A stretch of DNA of 64,000 nucleotides, taken from contig OZ241986.1 of NCBI GenBank assembly GCA_965204375.1, forward strand, positions 1,408,001 through 1,472,000, written 5' to 3'. Below the pieces are notes generated by a model. The model saw nothing but the letters and a program-made list of their open reading frames with translations. It searched no databases and was not told where the DNA came from. Positions 10,383-19,434 of the stretch are shown here, in pieces (the first letter of the stretch is position 1; every line of letters starts with the position of its first letter). The translations under genes were made by a program, and so were the position numbers. Source of the stretch: Candidatus Latescibacterota bacterium. GTDB taxonomy: Bacteria > Latescibacterota > UBA2968.

Positions 10383-11591
10383 GTGGCGAAGTTGTCGATT
10401 ACAGACCTGGATTTGAGAGATAAACGCGTTCTGGTGCGCGTTGATTTTAATGTGCCCATTGAAGATGGGCAGGTCGCGGATGACACGCGCTTGCGGGCTT
10501 CTTTACCTACGATCAGGTACATTTTGGATGCGGGGGGGCAACCCGTGTTGATGTCGCATTTGGGGCGTCCCGAGGGCGCAGTTGTGCCCGAGTTATCGCT
10601 TAAATCCGTGGCAGAAGCCCTCCAGGTGCTGCTGGGGCGCGAAGTGTTTCTATCGCCAGACTGCGTGGGGGAGGAAACAAGCTCACTGGTGAAACGCGCG
10701 CCCGAAGGATCGGTTGTGTTGCTCGAAAATTTGCGATTTCACGCTGACGAAGAAAAAAATGCCCCGGGTTTTGCCACACAGCTATCGGAATTGGGCGATG
10801 TGTATGTCAACGATGCCTTTGGCAGTGCCCATCGCGCGCATGCCTCTACTGAGGGCGTTACCCATTATTTTGTTGAGTGTGCTACGGGTTTGTTGATGCA
10901 GAAAGAATTGGAGTATTTGGGCACGGCGTTGGCCGATCCAGCGCGTCCTTATGTCGCGATTATGGGCGGGGCAAAAATTTCCGGTAAAATTGATGTGATT
11001 GAAAATTTGTTTTCAAAAGTGGATACCCTGCTTATTGGCGGTGGTATGGCGTTTACGTTTTTTAAGGCGATGGGCCTGGAAATTGGGAAGTCGTTGTTGG
11101 AGGAAGACCGCGTTGGGGTCGCTGCCCATTTGCTCAAGCGTGCAGAGGTCGAAGGTGTAGATCTGATATTGCCAACCGATACGGTTGTGGCGGCAGAGAT
11201 GACAGAGGGGATACCCGCTCAGATTGTGCCGCGAGATCAAATTCCAGCAGATTTGGAGGGGTTTGATATCGGAATCGAGACGCGGAAGCGATTTGCCGAT
11301 GTGGTTTTGAGTGCCAAAACAGTGGTGTGGAATGGTCCTCTGGGCGTGTGCGAGATTTTCTCGTTTTCAAAGGGGTCGCGTGCGGTTGCTAAAGCACTGG
11401 TTACGGCAACTGAGCGCGGTGCAACGACGGTTGTTGGCGGGGGAGAAACTGCTGCTGCGATGGCAGATTTTGGCGTGGCGGAAAAATTGAGCCATGTCTC
11501 GACCGGGGGTGGGGCTTCGCTGGAGTTTTTAGAAGGCCAAACACTGCCCGGTGTGGCGGCACTTTCGGATAGGGAAGAGGAGACGAATTAA
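10383..11591 (+). CDS. pgk: Phosphoglycerate kinase
   Basis: RVDFNVP, SHLGRP, LLENLRF, NDAFGSAHRAH, HVSTGGGASLE. Confidence 0.97.
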   Translation: MAKLSITDLDLRDKRVLVRVDFNVPIEDGQVADDTRLRASLPTIRYILDAGGQPVLMSHLGRPEGAVVPELSLKSVAEALQVLLGREVFLSPDCVGEETSSLVKRAPEGSVVLLENLRFHADEEKNAPGFATQLSELGDVYVNDAFGSAHRAHASTEGVTHYFVECATGLLMQKELEYLGTALADPARPYVAIMGGAKISGKIDVIENLFSKVDTLLIGGGMAFTFFKAMGLEIGKSLLEEDRVGVAAHLLKRAEVEGVDLILPTDTVVAAEMTEGIPAQIVPRDQIPADLEGFDIGIETRKRFADVVLSAKTVVWNGPLGVCEIFSFSKGSRAVAKALVTATERGATTVVGGGETAAAMADFGVAEKLSHVSTGGGASLEFLEGQTLPGVAALSDREEETN

Positions 11592-11625
11592 AAATTAAGA
11601 GAGTCAGATGGCTGGGACTGAGGGA

Positions 11626-11660
11626 ACTGACAACTGACTACTGGCTACTGACAACCGAAA
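11626..11660 (+). repeat. Heptameric short tandem repeat (ACTGACA-like x5)
   Basis: ACTGACA ACTGACT ACTGGCT ACTGACA ACCGAAA between pgk and tpiA. Confidence 0.7.
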
Positions 11661-11670
11661 GGAAGTTGTA

Positions 11671-12426
11671 ATGAGAACGCCGTTTGTGGCGGGAAATTGG
11701 AAGCTCAATAAAACACCTGATGAGGCAGAAATACTTGCGCGATGCGTGGTGGATGCGGTTTCGGATGTGACGGGTGTAGATGTGGCAATATGTCCGCCTT
11801 TTACGGCGCTGGAACGGGTTTCAAGTGTGGTGTGCTGCACTGGTATAGGGCTGGGTGCTCAGAATATGTACTGGGAGGCTGAAGGTGCTTTTACGGGTGA
11901 GGTTTCGGCTCCCATGCTGTTGACTTGCGGTTGTGAATACGTTATATTAGGACACTCTGAAAGACGGCAGTTTTTTGGCGAAACAGATGATAGTGTCAAC
12001 CGCCGCTTAAAGGCTGCTCTGAGTGCTGGATTGAAGCCCATTGTGTGTATTGGCGAGTCTTTTGATGAGCGTCAGGCCGATGTGACCGAGCAGGTGGTTG
12101 AGACGCAAACACGGGGTGCTCTCAATGGCATTTCCGCTGGCGATGTGCGGGGGATTACTCTGGCTTATGAGCCTGTTTGGGCCATTGGCACGGGGCTGAC
12201 AGCGACGCCAGAACAGGCAGAGGCTGTCCATGCGTTTCTCCGGCAGGTATTGGCGCAAATTTATGACTACGATGTCGCGCAGGCGGTTCGCATACAATAC
12301 GGTGGGTCTGTGAAGCCAGATAATGCGGCGGAGTTGTTTGATCAGGACAATATCGACGGTGGATTGATCGGCGGGGCTTCGCTGGAAGCTGAGGATTTTG
12401 CTGCTATTGTAAAAGCGGCTATATAG
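11671..12426 (+). CDS. tpiA: Triosephosphate isomerase
   Basis: AGNWK, GHSERR, AYEPVWAIGTG, YGGSVKP, LIGGASL. Confidence 0.98.
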   Translation: MRTPFVAGNWKLNKTPDEAEILARCVVDAVSDVTGVDVAICPPFTALERVSSVVCCTGIGLGAQNMYWEAEGAFTGEVSAPMLLTCGCEYVILGHSERRQFFGETDDSVNRRLKAALSAGLKPIVCIGESFDERQADVTEQVVETQTRGALNGISAGDVRGITLAYEPVWAIGTGLTATPEQAEAVHAFLRQVLAQIYDYDVAQAVRIQYGGSVKPDNAAELFDQDNIDGGLIGGASLEAEDFAAIVKAAI

Positions 12427-12434
12427 AGGGCGAT

Positions 12435-12824
12435 ATGGAAATTTTTCTTTTGATTGTTCATGTGATAGTTTGTGCGGTACTCATTCTGGTTATTTTGATG
12501 CAGCCCGGCAGAAGTGGTGGGTTGTCCGGCGGTGCTTTTGGCGGTATGGGCGGTGGCACATCGATGTTTGGCGGTGGTGGTGCCGTGCCTATGTTGGCAA
12601 AAGTGACGACGTATGTGGGGATTATTTTTGCGCTGACATGTATCGGGCTTTGGTACGCGGGACGTTCGACAGATTCTGTACCGTCAACGGCTGCTGAGCG
12701 ATTAATGGAAGAAGGGCAGATGCCCATGCAGCAAATTCCTCAACCTTTGACCTTTCCGGAAACCACACCCACTGAAGGAACAACCCAAACAGCACCGGCC
12801 GATACCGGCAGTACCACGCCGTAG
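12435..12824 (+). CDS. secG: Preprotein translocase subunit SecG
   Basis: Two TM helices with a Gly-rich linker (ILMQPGRSGGLSGGAFGG); classic tpiA-secG-tRNA-Leu synteny. Confidence 0.92.
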   Translation: MEIFLLIVHVIVCAVLILVILMQPGRSGGLSGGAFGGMGGGTSMFGGGGAVPMLAKVTTYVGIIFALTCIGLWYAGRSTDSVPSTAAERLMEEGQMPMQQIPQPLTFPETTPTEGTTQTAPADTGSTTP

Positions 12825-12831
12825 ATTTTGT

Positions 12832-12918
12832 GCCGAAGTGGTGGAATTGGTAGACACGCTGTCTTGAGGGGGCAGTACTCGAAAGGGTGTAGGGGTTCGA
12901 ATCCCCTCTTCGGCACCA
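12832..12918 (+). tRNA. tRNA-Leu (anticodon GAG)
   Basis: GCCGAAG acceptor stem, GGAATTGGTAGAC D-arm, CTGTC-TTGAGGG-GGCAG anticodon arm, long variable arm, GGTTCGAATCC, encoded CCA. Confidence 0.97.
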
Positions 12919-12927
12919 CATAAAAGC

Positions 12928-12961
12928 AAGGGCTTGTGATATGGATCGCAAGCCCTTTTTC
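12928..12961 (+). terminator. Intrinsic terminator after tRNA-Leu
   Basis: AGGGCTTGTGAT-atgg-ATCGCAAGCCCT followed by a T run. Confidence 0.85.
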
Positions 12962-12982
12962 TGTCAATAGGAGTAAGATGCC

Positions 12983-14572
12983 ATGTGTAGGCATATCCTC
13001 GCCTTGCTATTCATCGTGCTTCTGATCCAACCTCTTCGGGCCAATGTCGCGTTAGAACAAGTCCCCAGTCCAGATTTTGATAATAGTGGCGTGGTTGATT
13101 TTCCCGACTTTTTGCTATTTGTGGCCAAGTTTGGAGCGCGTCAGAGCGATGAGAAGTACGAAGATCGTTTTGATCTGGATGGCGATGGAGAGATCGGGTT
13201 CAGCGATTTTTTGCGTTTTGCCGCAAATTTTGGCAAAACAGTCGCGTCAAATGGGGGGGCGACCCCAACAGTAGATAATAGGAAAATTCTCGGCTCGTTA
13301 TTTATCTCTAAGGTATGGGCTGGACATCCCGTTAGTTTTGACCTGTTGACTTATGGCAATGTACAATTTGTCGCGTTTTACGATGCCGACCGCAAAATGA
13401 CGGTGGGGATGAGAAATTTAGATGCAGAGATGTGGACATTTGAACAGCCCAAAGGTGTATGGCTGGAAAATCGAGGCCGACTGTCTTCGGAAACCGGATG
13501 GGACACCCACAATTATCTGACCATGGCCATTGATACCGACGATCACATTCATCTGAGCGGCAATATGCATGTGGATCCGCTGATTTACTTTCGCACAACG
13601 CGGCCACTCGATGTGACGAGTTTTGAACGCATTGATTCTATGGTGGGGGAAAATGAGGATCGCTGTACTTATCCCGTGTTTATGCGCGGTCCCAATAATG
13701 AATTGATTTTCAGGTATCGAGACGGCAGTAGTGGCAATGCTGTTGAATTTTACAATATCTACGATGTTGAGACCAGAACATGGCGAAGATTGCACGATAC
13801 GCCGTTATTGGATGGGTTAGGGCGGATGAATGCGTACGCACGCAGCCCCCAGAAAGGTCCCGATGGGATGTTCCACATGATCTGGATGTGGCGCGATACA
13901 CCCGATGCTGCGACCAATCACGATATCTCCTATGCCCGCAGCCGTGACCTGGTCGCCTGGGAAACGGGTGGCGGCGATGCGCTGGAGTTACCGATTACAA
14001 TAGAAAGCGGTGCTATCGTCGATCCCGTGCCGCCGAGGGGGGGGATGATCAATATGACGCAGTCGCTGGGATTTGATCATCAGAAACGCCCGGTGATTAG
14101 TTATCACAAGCACGACGAAAATGGATACACGCAAGCCTATTGTGCGCGATTGGAATACGGCGAATGGGTCGTGTACAAGGTGAGCAATTGGACCTATCGG
14201 TGGGAATTTGGAGGGGGCGGATCAATTGTCGCAGAGATTCGGTTGGGCAGTGTAAAGGTAGAATCCGATGGAGGTCTGAGTATGAGCTATATACATGTGA
14301 AAGAAGGACGGGGAATCTGGAAGTTGGATCCCCAAAGTCTGCAAGTGATCGGGACGTATCCGCCGCCCCCGAGTGCGATACCCGGAGAATTGGCGCGTGT
14401 GACTTCTCAATACCCGGGGATGAGGATCAACACGCGCTGGGCGCGGGGGGCGGGCACAAGACCCGGTGAACTATATCTCTTGCGCTGGGAAACGCTGGGG
14501 CGCAATCGGGACCTCCCACGAGAGGAGATTCCACCGCCGAGTGACTTGAGACTTTATATTCTTCCAAAATGA
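12983..14572 (+). CDS. Secreted BNR-4 repeat beta-propeller protein (possible polysaccharide lyase/sialidase-like) with an N-terminal twin EF-hand dockerin-like module
   Basis: Signal peptide; DFDNSGVVDFPDF...DLDGDGEIGFSDF; DTHNYLTMAID..HIHLSGNMH, TYPVF, YRDGSSGN, NHDISYARSRD. Confidence 0.75.
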   Translation: MCRHILALLFIVLLIQPLRANVALEQVPSPDFDNSGVVDFPDFLLFVAKFGARQSDEKYEDRFDLDGDGEIGFSDFLRFAANFGKTVASNGGATPTVDNRKILGSLFISKVWAGHPVSFDLLTYGNVQFVAFYDADRKMTVGMRNLDAEMWTFEQPKGVWLENRGRLSSETGWDTHNYLTMAIDTDDHIHLSGNMHVDPLIYFRTTRPLDVTSFERIDSMVGENEDRCTYPVFMRGPNNELIFRYRDGSSGNAVEFYNIYDVETRTWRRLHDTPLLDGLGRMNAYARSPQKGPDGMFHMIWMWRDTPDAATNHDISYARSRDLVAWETGGGDALELPITIESGAIVDPVPPRGGMINMTQSLGFDHQKRPVISYHKHDENGYTQAYCARLEYGEWVVYKVSNWTYRWEFGGGGSIVAEIRLGSVKVESDGGLSMSYIHVKEGRGIWKLDPQSLQVIGTYPPPPSAIPGELARVTSQYPGMRINTRWARGAGTRPGELYLLRWETLGRNRDLPREEIPPPSDLRLYILPK

Positions 14573-14640
14573 AGATTGAGTTGTAAAAGCTCATTGGTTG
14601 CGTATATTTCAGTGTGTACAACCTCAACGGAGAAGGCTTT

Positions 14641-15129
14641 ATGAAACGGCTCTATCTCGTGCGACACGCCAAGTCGGATTGGAGCAATTTCGGATTGGCT
14701 GATTTTGATCGGCCCCTGAACAAGCGCGGAAAAAGGGATGTGCCGCGCATGGGCAAATATCTGAAGCGGGTATGGAAGGTCAAGCCAGATTACGTGTTGT
14801 GCAGCACGGCCAAGCGCGTGCGATCTACGGTCAAGCGGTTGCGCAAATCTCTCAAGTTTTCCAAAAAACGGATTGCATGGCACGAGCGCATTTATTCGGG
14901 ACATAGTGGGGATGTGTTAGATCTGATTCGACAGGTCGATAATCGGTATCGGGAGGTTATGGTGATAGGACACAACCCGGATATGACCGTATTGGTCAAT
15001 GAAATAGCGGGATCTACTATTGCCAATGTGCCGACGTGTGGTGTCGCAGGTATTGATCTGCCGATTGATGATTGGTCAGATGCGGTGTCGGGAGATCTGG
15101 TGTTTTTTGAGGTGCCCAAGTCGATTTGA
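14641..15129 (+). CDS. sixA: SixA-like histidine phosphatase
   Basis: LVRHAKS, DRPLNKRG, CSTAKR, IGHNP. Confidence 0.85.
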   Translation: MKRLYLVRHAKSDWSNFGLADFDRPLNKRGKRDVPRMGKYLKRVWKVKPDYVLCSTAKRVRSTVKRLRKSLKFSKKRIAWHERIYSGHSGDVLDLIRQVDNRYREVMVIGHNPDMTVLVNEIAGSTIANVPTCGVAGIDLPIDDWSDAVSGDLVFFEVPKSI

Positions 15130-15268
15130 CGTGGCTGTAACTTACCCGAAACTCAATTGTCACAGAAGGCGAGTATTTTCTCGCATCAGTCAGCTTCCGC
15201 GTGGGGGTCGGTTCTTTACTTGAGAATCGGCCCTCGATTTTTTTGGTGGTTAGCCCGCGTTTGAATAT

Positions 15269-15311
15269 AAAAAGCCGACGCCTAATTTTGACGTCGGCTT
15301 CTCTTTTTTTT
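15269..15311. terminator. Bidirectional terminator between convergent genes
   Basis: AAAAAGCCGACG...CGTCGGCTTCTCTTTTTTT; a second hairpin at about 15203-15235 is followed by T's. Confidence 0.65.
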
Positions 15312-15316
15312 AAGTC

Positions 15317-16477
15317 TCAATACGTTTCGGATACGTCGAGTACGGTGCTGTTTTCCGCGCTTTTCGTTGTATTGGAATTTTTGATCTTTTCCTGGAGTTT
15401 TTCATAGAAAAGGTCGCTGTCAACCGGGATATCCACCCAATTGTCTGTCCAGGCGGATAAGAGCATGGCGTTGGCGAGTTCGACGCCTTTGATTCCCTCA
15501 ACGCCAGGTGCCAGAAGGGGACTGCCTGTGCGTATGGCATCAACCCAGTTTTGCGTGATGCCGCGATGGGCTTCGCCGCTGCCGCCCGTGGGGATGTCGC
15601 ATTTCCATGATTCGGGGCTGCCAAAGCCGCCTTTGTATTCTTTGCAGAATTTGCTGACGGATTCTCGGGTGCGCCAAAAGGTGATATTTCCACCTTCCAT
15701 GACGACTTTGCCGCGATCGCCAGTGATCTCGAGGCGATTGGTTCCAGGGGCTTCGCCTGTTGTGGTGATGAATACACCCGTCGCGCCATTTTCGTATTCC
15801 ACATAGGCGGTGACTTCGTCATCGACTTCGATATCGTGGTATTTGCCAAATCCGACAAATGCCCTGCATCGGATGGGCATACCGCAAATCCATTGCCACA
15901 GGTCGAGGTTGTGCGGGCACTGGTTCATTAAGACGCCGCCGCCTTCGCCTTCCCAGGTCGCGCGCCAGCCGCCTGAATCGTAATAACTTTGCGAGCGGAA
16001 CCAGGTCGTGATGATGTAGTTCGTACGCTGAATTTCTCCCAAATCACCCGATGCAACCAGGTCTTTGAGTTTTTGGTGCGCTCCTATGGTGCGCTGGTTG
16101 AACATGAGGCCGAAAACGCGGTCGCTTTTTTCAGCTACGGCATTCATTTCTTCGACCTGTTTGGTATAAACACCTGCTGGCTTTTCGATGAGTACATGCA
16201 ACCCGCTGTTCATGGCTTGAATTGCCAATGGCGGATGCAGGTAGTGCGGTGTGGCGACGATGACGGCATCGACGGTTCCAGAGGCCATCATGTCATCGGC
16301 ACTATCGAATGTGCGGATGTTTTCGCCCAGGTTTTCACGCGCCCACTTGATGTGGTCGGGATGTATGTCGCAGATGGCGGTTAGTTCGGCGTTGGATACC
16401 TGGCCCGGATGCAAGTAGAGACTATGTCCACTGCCCATGTTGCCGATGCCGATAATGCCGATGCGTACCTTATCCAT
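15317..16477 (-). CDS. Gfo/Idh/MocA family oxidoreductase
   Basis: IGIIGIGNMG, ATPHYLH, EKP, GWRATWEGEGGGVLMNQCPH. Confidence 0.92.
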   Translation of the reverse strand: MDKVRIGIIGIGNMGSGHSLYLHPGQVSNAELTAICDIHPDHIKWARENLGENIRTFDSADDMMASGTVDAVIVATPHYLHPPLAIQAMNSGLHVLIEKPAGVYTKQVEEMNAVAEKSDRVFGLMFNQRTIGAHQKLKDLVASGDLGEIQRTNYIITTWFRSQSYYDSGGWRATWEGEGGGVLMNQCPHNLDLWQWICGMPIRCRAFVGFGKYHDIEVDDEVTAYVEYENGATGVFITTTGEAPGTNRLEITGDRGKVVMEGGNITFWRTRESVSKFCKEYKGGFGSPESWKCDIPTGGSGEAHRGITQNWVDAIRTGSPLLAPGVEGIKGVELANAMLLSAWTDNWVDIPVDSDLFYEKLQEKIKNSNTTKSAENSTVLDVSETY

Positions 16478-16549
16478 AGAATTTTTCCTCTTCTTTGTTG
16501 TTGGGGGTAGGGGGTTATGCTGATCTTGTTTTGGGTGGATGTGGGGGGC

Positions 16550-16588
16550 ATCCTGTTCATCCTTCCATCCTTAAATCCTGATCCTGTT
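16550..16588 (+). repeat. ATCCT-based short degenerate tandem repeat overlapping a gene 3' end
   Basis: ATCCTGTTC ATCCTTCC ATCCTTAA ATCCTG ATCCTGTT. Confidence 0.55.
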
Positions 16589-17710
16589 TTTCTCAATATA
16601 ATCCCAGTTGATGTTCATGCCCAATCCCGGATGCTGGGGAACGTGGACGAATCCTTTGTCATCCATGGGTTCGCCGTGTTCGTGAAGCCAGGGTGCGTGT
16701 TCGTCGAAGTCGATGAAAGGGTGGAGGAGACCGCGTTCGTAAAATTCGCCATTGGTCATGGCGCACAGGGCGTGCAGGTTGCCGGGACCGCCTCCGTGGA
16801 TTTCGCAGCGCATGCCAAAGGATTCGCACAGGTGAACGGTTTTCATAAGGGGTGTCAAACCGCCCACATCGCCGACGCCGCAGCGGGAAATATCGCAGGC
16901 ACCGGCTTTGATCCATTCAGCGCGCACATACATTTTGCCTTCGCATGTTTCGGGACCACATATTGGTAAGGATGTTTGTTCACAGAGCCAGACATAGGAC
17001 GACATACTGTGTTCGTCCATGGGTTCTTCCATCCAGTAATAGTCGAGTTTTTCAAGTCCTTTTGCCAGGGCGAGCGAGGCTTCGCGATCGTAATAATGAT
17101 AGGGGTCGAGCATGAGGGGGATGTCGGGACCGACTGCTTCGCGCACGGCAGCGCAGGCTTCGAGGTCGCGTTTGACACTGGGTGCGCCCTCGTAAGGTGG
17201 TTGCCAGGTGTGGAGCTTGAAGGCGGGGTAGCCGCGTTTCATACACCATTCGGCAAAGCGGGCATAATCTTCGGGCGTGGCCAAACCGCCTTCGAGGTCG
17301 TCGCCGCACATGGTGGAGGCATAGGCAGGGACTTTATCGCGGTAGCCTCCGAGCAATTTGTAAACGGGTTGATCGAGGGCGCGCCCGGCCAGGTCCCAGA
17401 GGGCGAGGTCAACAGACATGATGACTTTGTCGGTTATCGTGTCTGAGTTGATGCGCTGGCGGTGGTTGAGGTCGTGCCAGATTTGTTCGCGCATAAAGGG
17501 GTCTTTGCCAATGAGTTCTGGCTTGACCATGCTGTTGATCACCCGCGCATTTGCACCGAACCAGTATCCGGAAACGTCTTCGTCGGTTGAAATTACGAGC
17601 AGGGTTTGAACGGCTTCGCGTTCGGGACCAGGATGCCCGTGTCCGTCGCTGTCTTGTTCGGTGTTGGCGATGTATTTAAATTGAATGGTTTCGACATCGG
17701 TGATTTTCAA
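16571..17710 (-). CDS. Mandelate racemase/muconate lactonizing enzyme (enolase superfamily) protein
   Basis: DLALWDLAGR..QPVYKLLGG, MLDP, WMEEP, GPE, PGLG; TTG start after GGAG. Confidence 0.9.
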   Translation of the reverse strand: MKITDVETIQFKYIANTEQDSDGHGHPGPEREAVQTLLVISTDEDVSGYWFGANARVINSMVKPELIGKDPFMREQIWHDLNHRQRINSDTITDKVIMSVDLALWDLAGRALDQPVYKLLGGYRDKVPAYASTMCGDDLEGGLATPEDYARFAEWCMKRGYPAFKLHTWQPPYEGAPSVKRDLEACAAVREAVGPDIPLMLDPYHYYDREASLALAKGLEKLDYYWMEEPMDEHSMSSYVWLCEQTSLPICGPETCEGKMYVRAEWIKAGACDISRCGVGDVGGLTPLMKTVHLCESFGMRCEIHGGGPGNLHALCAMTNGEFYERGLLHPFIDFDEHAPWLHEHGEPMDDKGFVHVPQHPGLGMNINWDYIEKNRIRI

Positions 17711-17722
17711 GAGTAACTCCTT

Positions 17723-19174
17723 TCAATACAGCGGCCTATAACGCAGGTCGCCGCCTTCTTCGCGTTGTTTTTTGTAATCGGCTTCAAGCGCTTCTCGCAC
17801 CCAGTATTGCGGGGCAGATGTGTAGTTCGATTGGTGTTTCTGGTTGTCAATCCAGTGTTCGAGCAAGCGGGATTTGAGGTCGTGCTCAACATGGGATAGT
17901 TGCGCGTCGCCCGCACGGTTGACGAGTTCATCGGGATCGCTTTCGAGGTCGTAAAGTTCGGCAGATCCATCGGCGTAGTGCGCGTATTTGTAGCGTTCGG
18001 TTCGCACCATAGCGCGTCCGCCGATTTCGCAAAATGCAGCCTGGCGAATGGTCGCGGTGGGGGCTTTGAATAGTGGGCGAATGTCTTCGCCTTGTAGTGT
18101 GCTCGGCGGTTCGGCATCGCAGGCGTGATAAATAAGTGGCACGAGATCAATGATGCTGACGAGGCCCGATGCGCGCTGATCGGCGGGGATATCGGGACCG
18201 CGAATGATGAGGGGTACGCGAGACATGCAGTCGTAGAAGAAGCTTTTGAAAGACAGGCCGTGATCGCCTAGCGCGTCGCCGTGATCGCTGGTGAAGATGA
18301 TGAGGGTGTCGTCGAGTACGCGGTGGGCTTCGAGCGCGGCGATCATTTTGCCAATGCCTTCGTCTATCAGGCTGATGTTGGCGTAGTAGTGCTCGCGCCA
18401 TTTGCGGTAGTGTTCCGGGGTTGCTTTTGAGTAATCCTGGCGGAACATAGAGTTGGACAGGCTGCCGCGACCGCGGTCTCTTTGGGCAGGTGGCTTATCG
18501 ACGAGTTCTTCTGGGGAACCGACGGGTTCGGGTATGGGCGCGTCGGCATACATACGGGCCATGTCTTCAGGTGGATCGTAGGGGTCGTGCGGTCCGGGAA
18601 AGCTGACCCAGGCGGCGAAGGGATCGCTCCCATTTTGTTGGAGCCATTCGGCAGCCTGATCGCCGACAAAGCCATCGACGTGAAATTTGCGCTCGCGCGG
18701 TGTGATTGATGCGCCCAGATTTTCGTAATATCCCGGCAATGTGGTAGGATGCGGTCGGTCGAGGCCGTGTGCAGCGAGAAATTGTACGTGATGGTCGGGC
18801 AGGAAAATGTGCCGTTTGTCTTCGGCCATGATGCGTTCGTCAAAGCCCTGGTGTGAGTCCCAGGGGTGAAAGTGCATTTTGCCGATGGCTGCGGTGCGCC
18901 GTCCAGTCTGCGAGATGATACGCGGCCATGTCGGCACGTGATCGGGTAGCCAGTTGCCATTGCCGAGGACGCCAGTCACGCTGGGGTACTGCCCGCTCAT
19001 GATGGACGCGCGGCAAGGTACGCATACAGGGGAGGGGACAATGCAATGGTCAAATACCATGCCTTCGCGTGCAAGGCGGTCGAGGTTGGGGGTTTGCATA
19101 AAGTCGAGGCCGTAACAGGGGAGGCTGTCCCAGCGCTGTTGATCGGTAGTGATTAAAAGGAGATTGCGAGCCAT
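17723..19174 (-). CDS. Sulfatase (Cys-type, formylglycine-dependent)
   Basis: NLLLITTDQQR, TPNLD, CVPCR, GKMH, PHDP, TSDHG; start reassigned to MARNLL. Confidence 0.92.
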   Translation of the reverse strand: MARNLLLITTDQQRWDSLPCYGLDFMQTPNLDRLAREGMVFDHCIVPSPVCVPCRASIMSGQYPSVTGVLGNGNWLPDHVPTWPRIISQTGRRTAAIGKMHFHPWDSHQGFDERIMAEDKRHIFLPDHHVQFLAAHGLDRPHPTTLPGYYENLGASITPRERKFHVDGFVGDQAAEWLQQNGSDPFAAWVSFPGPHDPYDPPEDMARMYADAPIPEPVGSPEELVDKPPAQRDRGRGSLSNSMFRQDYSKATPEHYRKWREHYYANISLIDEGIGKMIAALEAHRVLDDTLIIFTSDHGDALGDHGLSFKSFFYDCMSRVPLIIRGPDIPADQRASGLVSIIDLVPLIYHACDAEPPSTLQGEDIRPLFKAPTATIRQAAFCEIGGRAMVRTERYKYAHYADGSAELYDLESDPDELVNRAGDAQLSHVEHDLKSRLLEHWIDNQKHQSNYTSAPQYWVREALEADYKKQREEGGDLRYRPLY

Positions 19175-19434
19175 GAGGTGCTCCAGAATAAGGGTGAATT
19201 CGGGTGGATCAAAAGGACGGGACAAGATAGGACGGGGAAACAGGTATGGCAAAGTATTTCTGTTGGTCAAGTTGAGTAGAATGAGATAAAGAAGGCCTGT
19301 TTTGTATCATTCAAAGCAGGACTATTGTTTTTTGTGCATTGTGCTGTTGCGTATCTCAGGGTCTAACACTATCTTGTGGGGCGTTTTGTTTGTTTCATTG
19401 CATTGTGCATGGTGTTCTGGACGGAAGGATTGCT

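Noticed and set aside
8411-10522. Long antisense ORFs (487 aa and 208 aa) opposite pfk/gap
   Set aside because: Shadow ORFs of conserved genes with no independent motifs. The same applies to the other antisense ORFs in the track (e.g. 23689-24573, 26955-28025).
11626-11660. Short repeats as a CRISPR array
   Set aside because: 7-bp units without spacers, and no cas genes in the window.
12832-12983. tRNA-Leu as an integration site for a genomic island
   Set aside because: No integrase, no duplicated tRNA 3' end noticed, and no compositional shift after the terminator.
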